Below, in pieces: positions 31,951 to 32,000 of a stretch of 32,000 nt of DNA. The DNA lies in contig NZ_JAHDSX010000012.1 in the NCBI RefSeq assembly GCF_020969955.1, positions 23,411-55,410 of the forward strand, written 5' to 3'. This stretch comes from Allobaculum fili (GTDB taxonomy: Bacteria; Bacillota_I; Bacilli_A; Erysipelotrichales; Erysipelotrichaceae). Made by a program: the position numbers and the translations under genes. The notes under the pieces are model-generated. The model ran no database searches and was not told the DNA's origin. It saw only the letters and a program-made list of their open reading frames with translations. Numbering within the stretch: the first letter of the stretch is position 1; each line of letters begins with the position of its first letter.

Positions 31951-32000
31951 ATGGAATCAATCATCCCTGCAATCGATCTCGGTATCGATTTCTCCAAAGT
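31951..32000 (+). CDS. 5' end of an unidentified gene (MESIIPAIDLGIDFSK…), truncated by the window edge
   Basis: ATG 7 nt downstream of AAGGAGG. The frame is open to the window end. Too short to assign a family. Confidence 0.4.
   Translation, partial: MESIIPAIDLGIDFSK

Overview
The window looks like a chromosomal segment from a Gram-positive-type (Bacillota-like) anaerobe. This is inferred from GGAGG-type ribosome-binding sites (RBS), AddAB, NrdG and lipoprotein signals. I support about 21 protein genes and one tRNA. I saw no transposase, integrase, CRISPR array or rRNA.

Gene order:
- addB (5'-truncated by the window edge) and addA
- an AzgA-type purine permease
- a minus-strand cluster: VTC-domain enzyme, DUF4956 membrane protein, Cthe_2159-like beta-helix lipoprotein
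- a small Cys-containing protein with its own promoter and terminator
- a stand-alone DsrE-like protein
- a class-A beta-lactamase-like serine hydrolase
- tRNA-Ser(CGA)
- a cation diffusion facilitator (CDF) transporter
- a DUF368 membrane protein
- an XRE-cupin regulator followed by potA, potB and a potC-potD fusion
- a sensor-less M56 (BlaR1-type) peptidase
- a very long copA
- nrdG with no nrdD
- an AIM24-family protein
- a BlaI-like repressor
- a YgjP/DUF45-like protein with a destroyed HExxH motif
- a repeat-rich surface protein
- the first 16 codons of another gene

Most worth a second look:
1. The VTC / DUF4956 / surface beta-helix cluster, a possible bacterial synthesis-coupled export machine for polyphosphate or another polyanion.
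2. CopA with about 305 extra C-terminal codons. These hold two additional heavy-metal-associated (HMA) domains, and an intact Shine-Dalgarno (SD) plus ATG sits in front of the last one.
3. PotA with a roughly 170-residue duplicated Ig-like insertion in its regulatory domain, plus the PotC-PotD fusion.
4. A BlaI-like repressor next to a catalytically dead zincin, with a sensor-less M56 protease 6 kb away.
5. Several attenuator-like or SD-sequestering RNA structures.

All calls come from reading the sequence and the ORF track. No database search was run.
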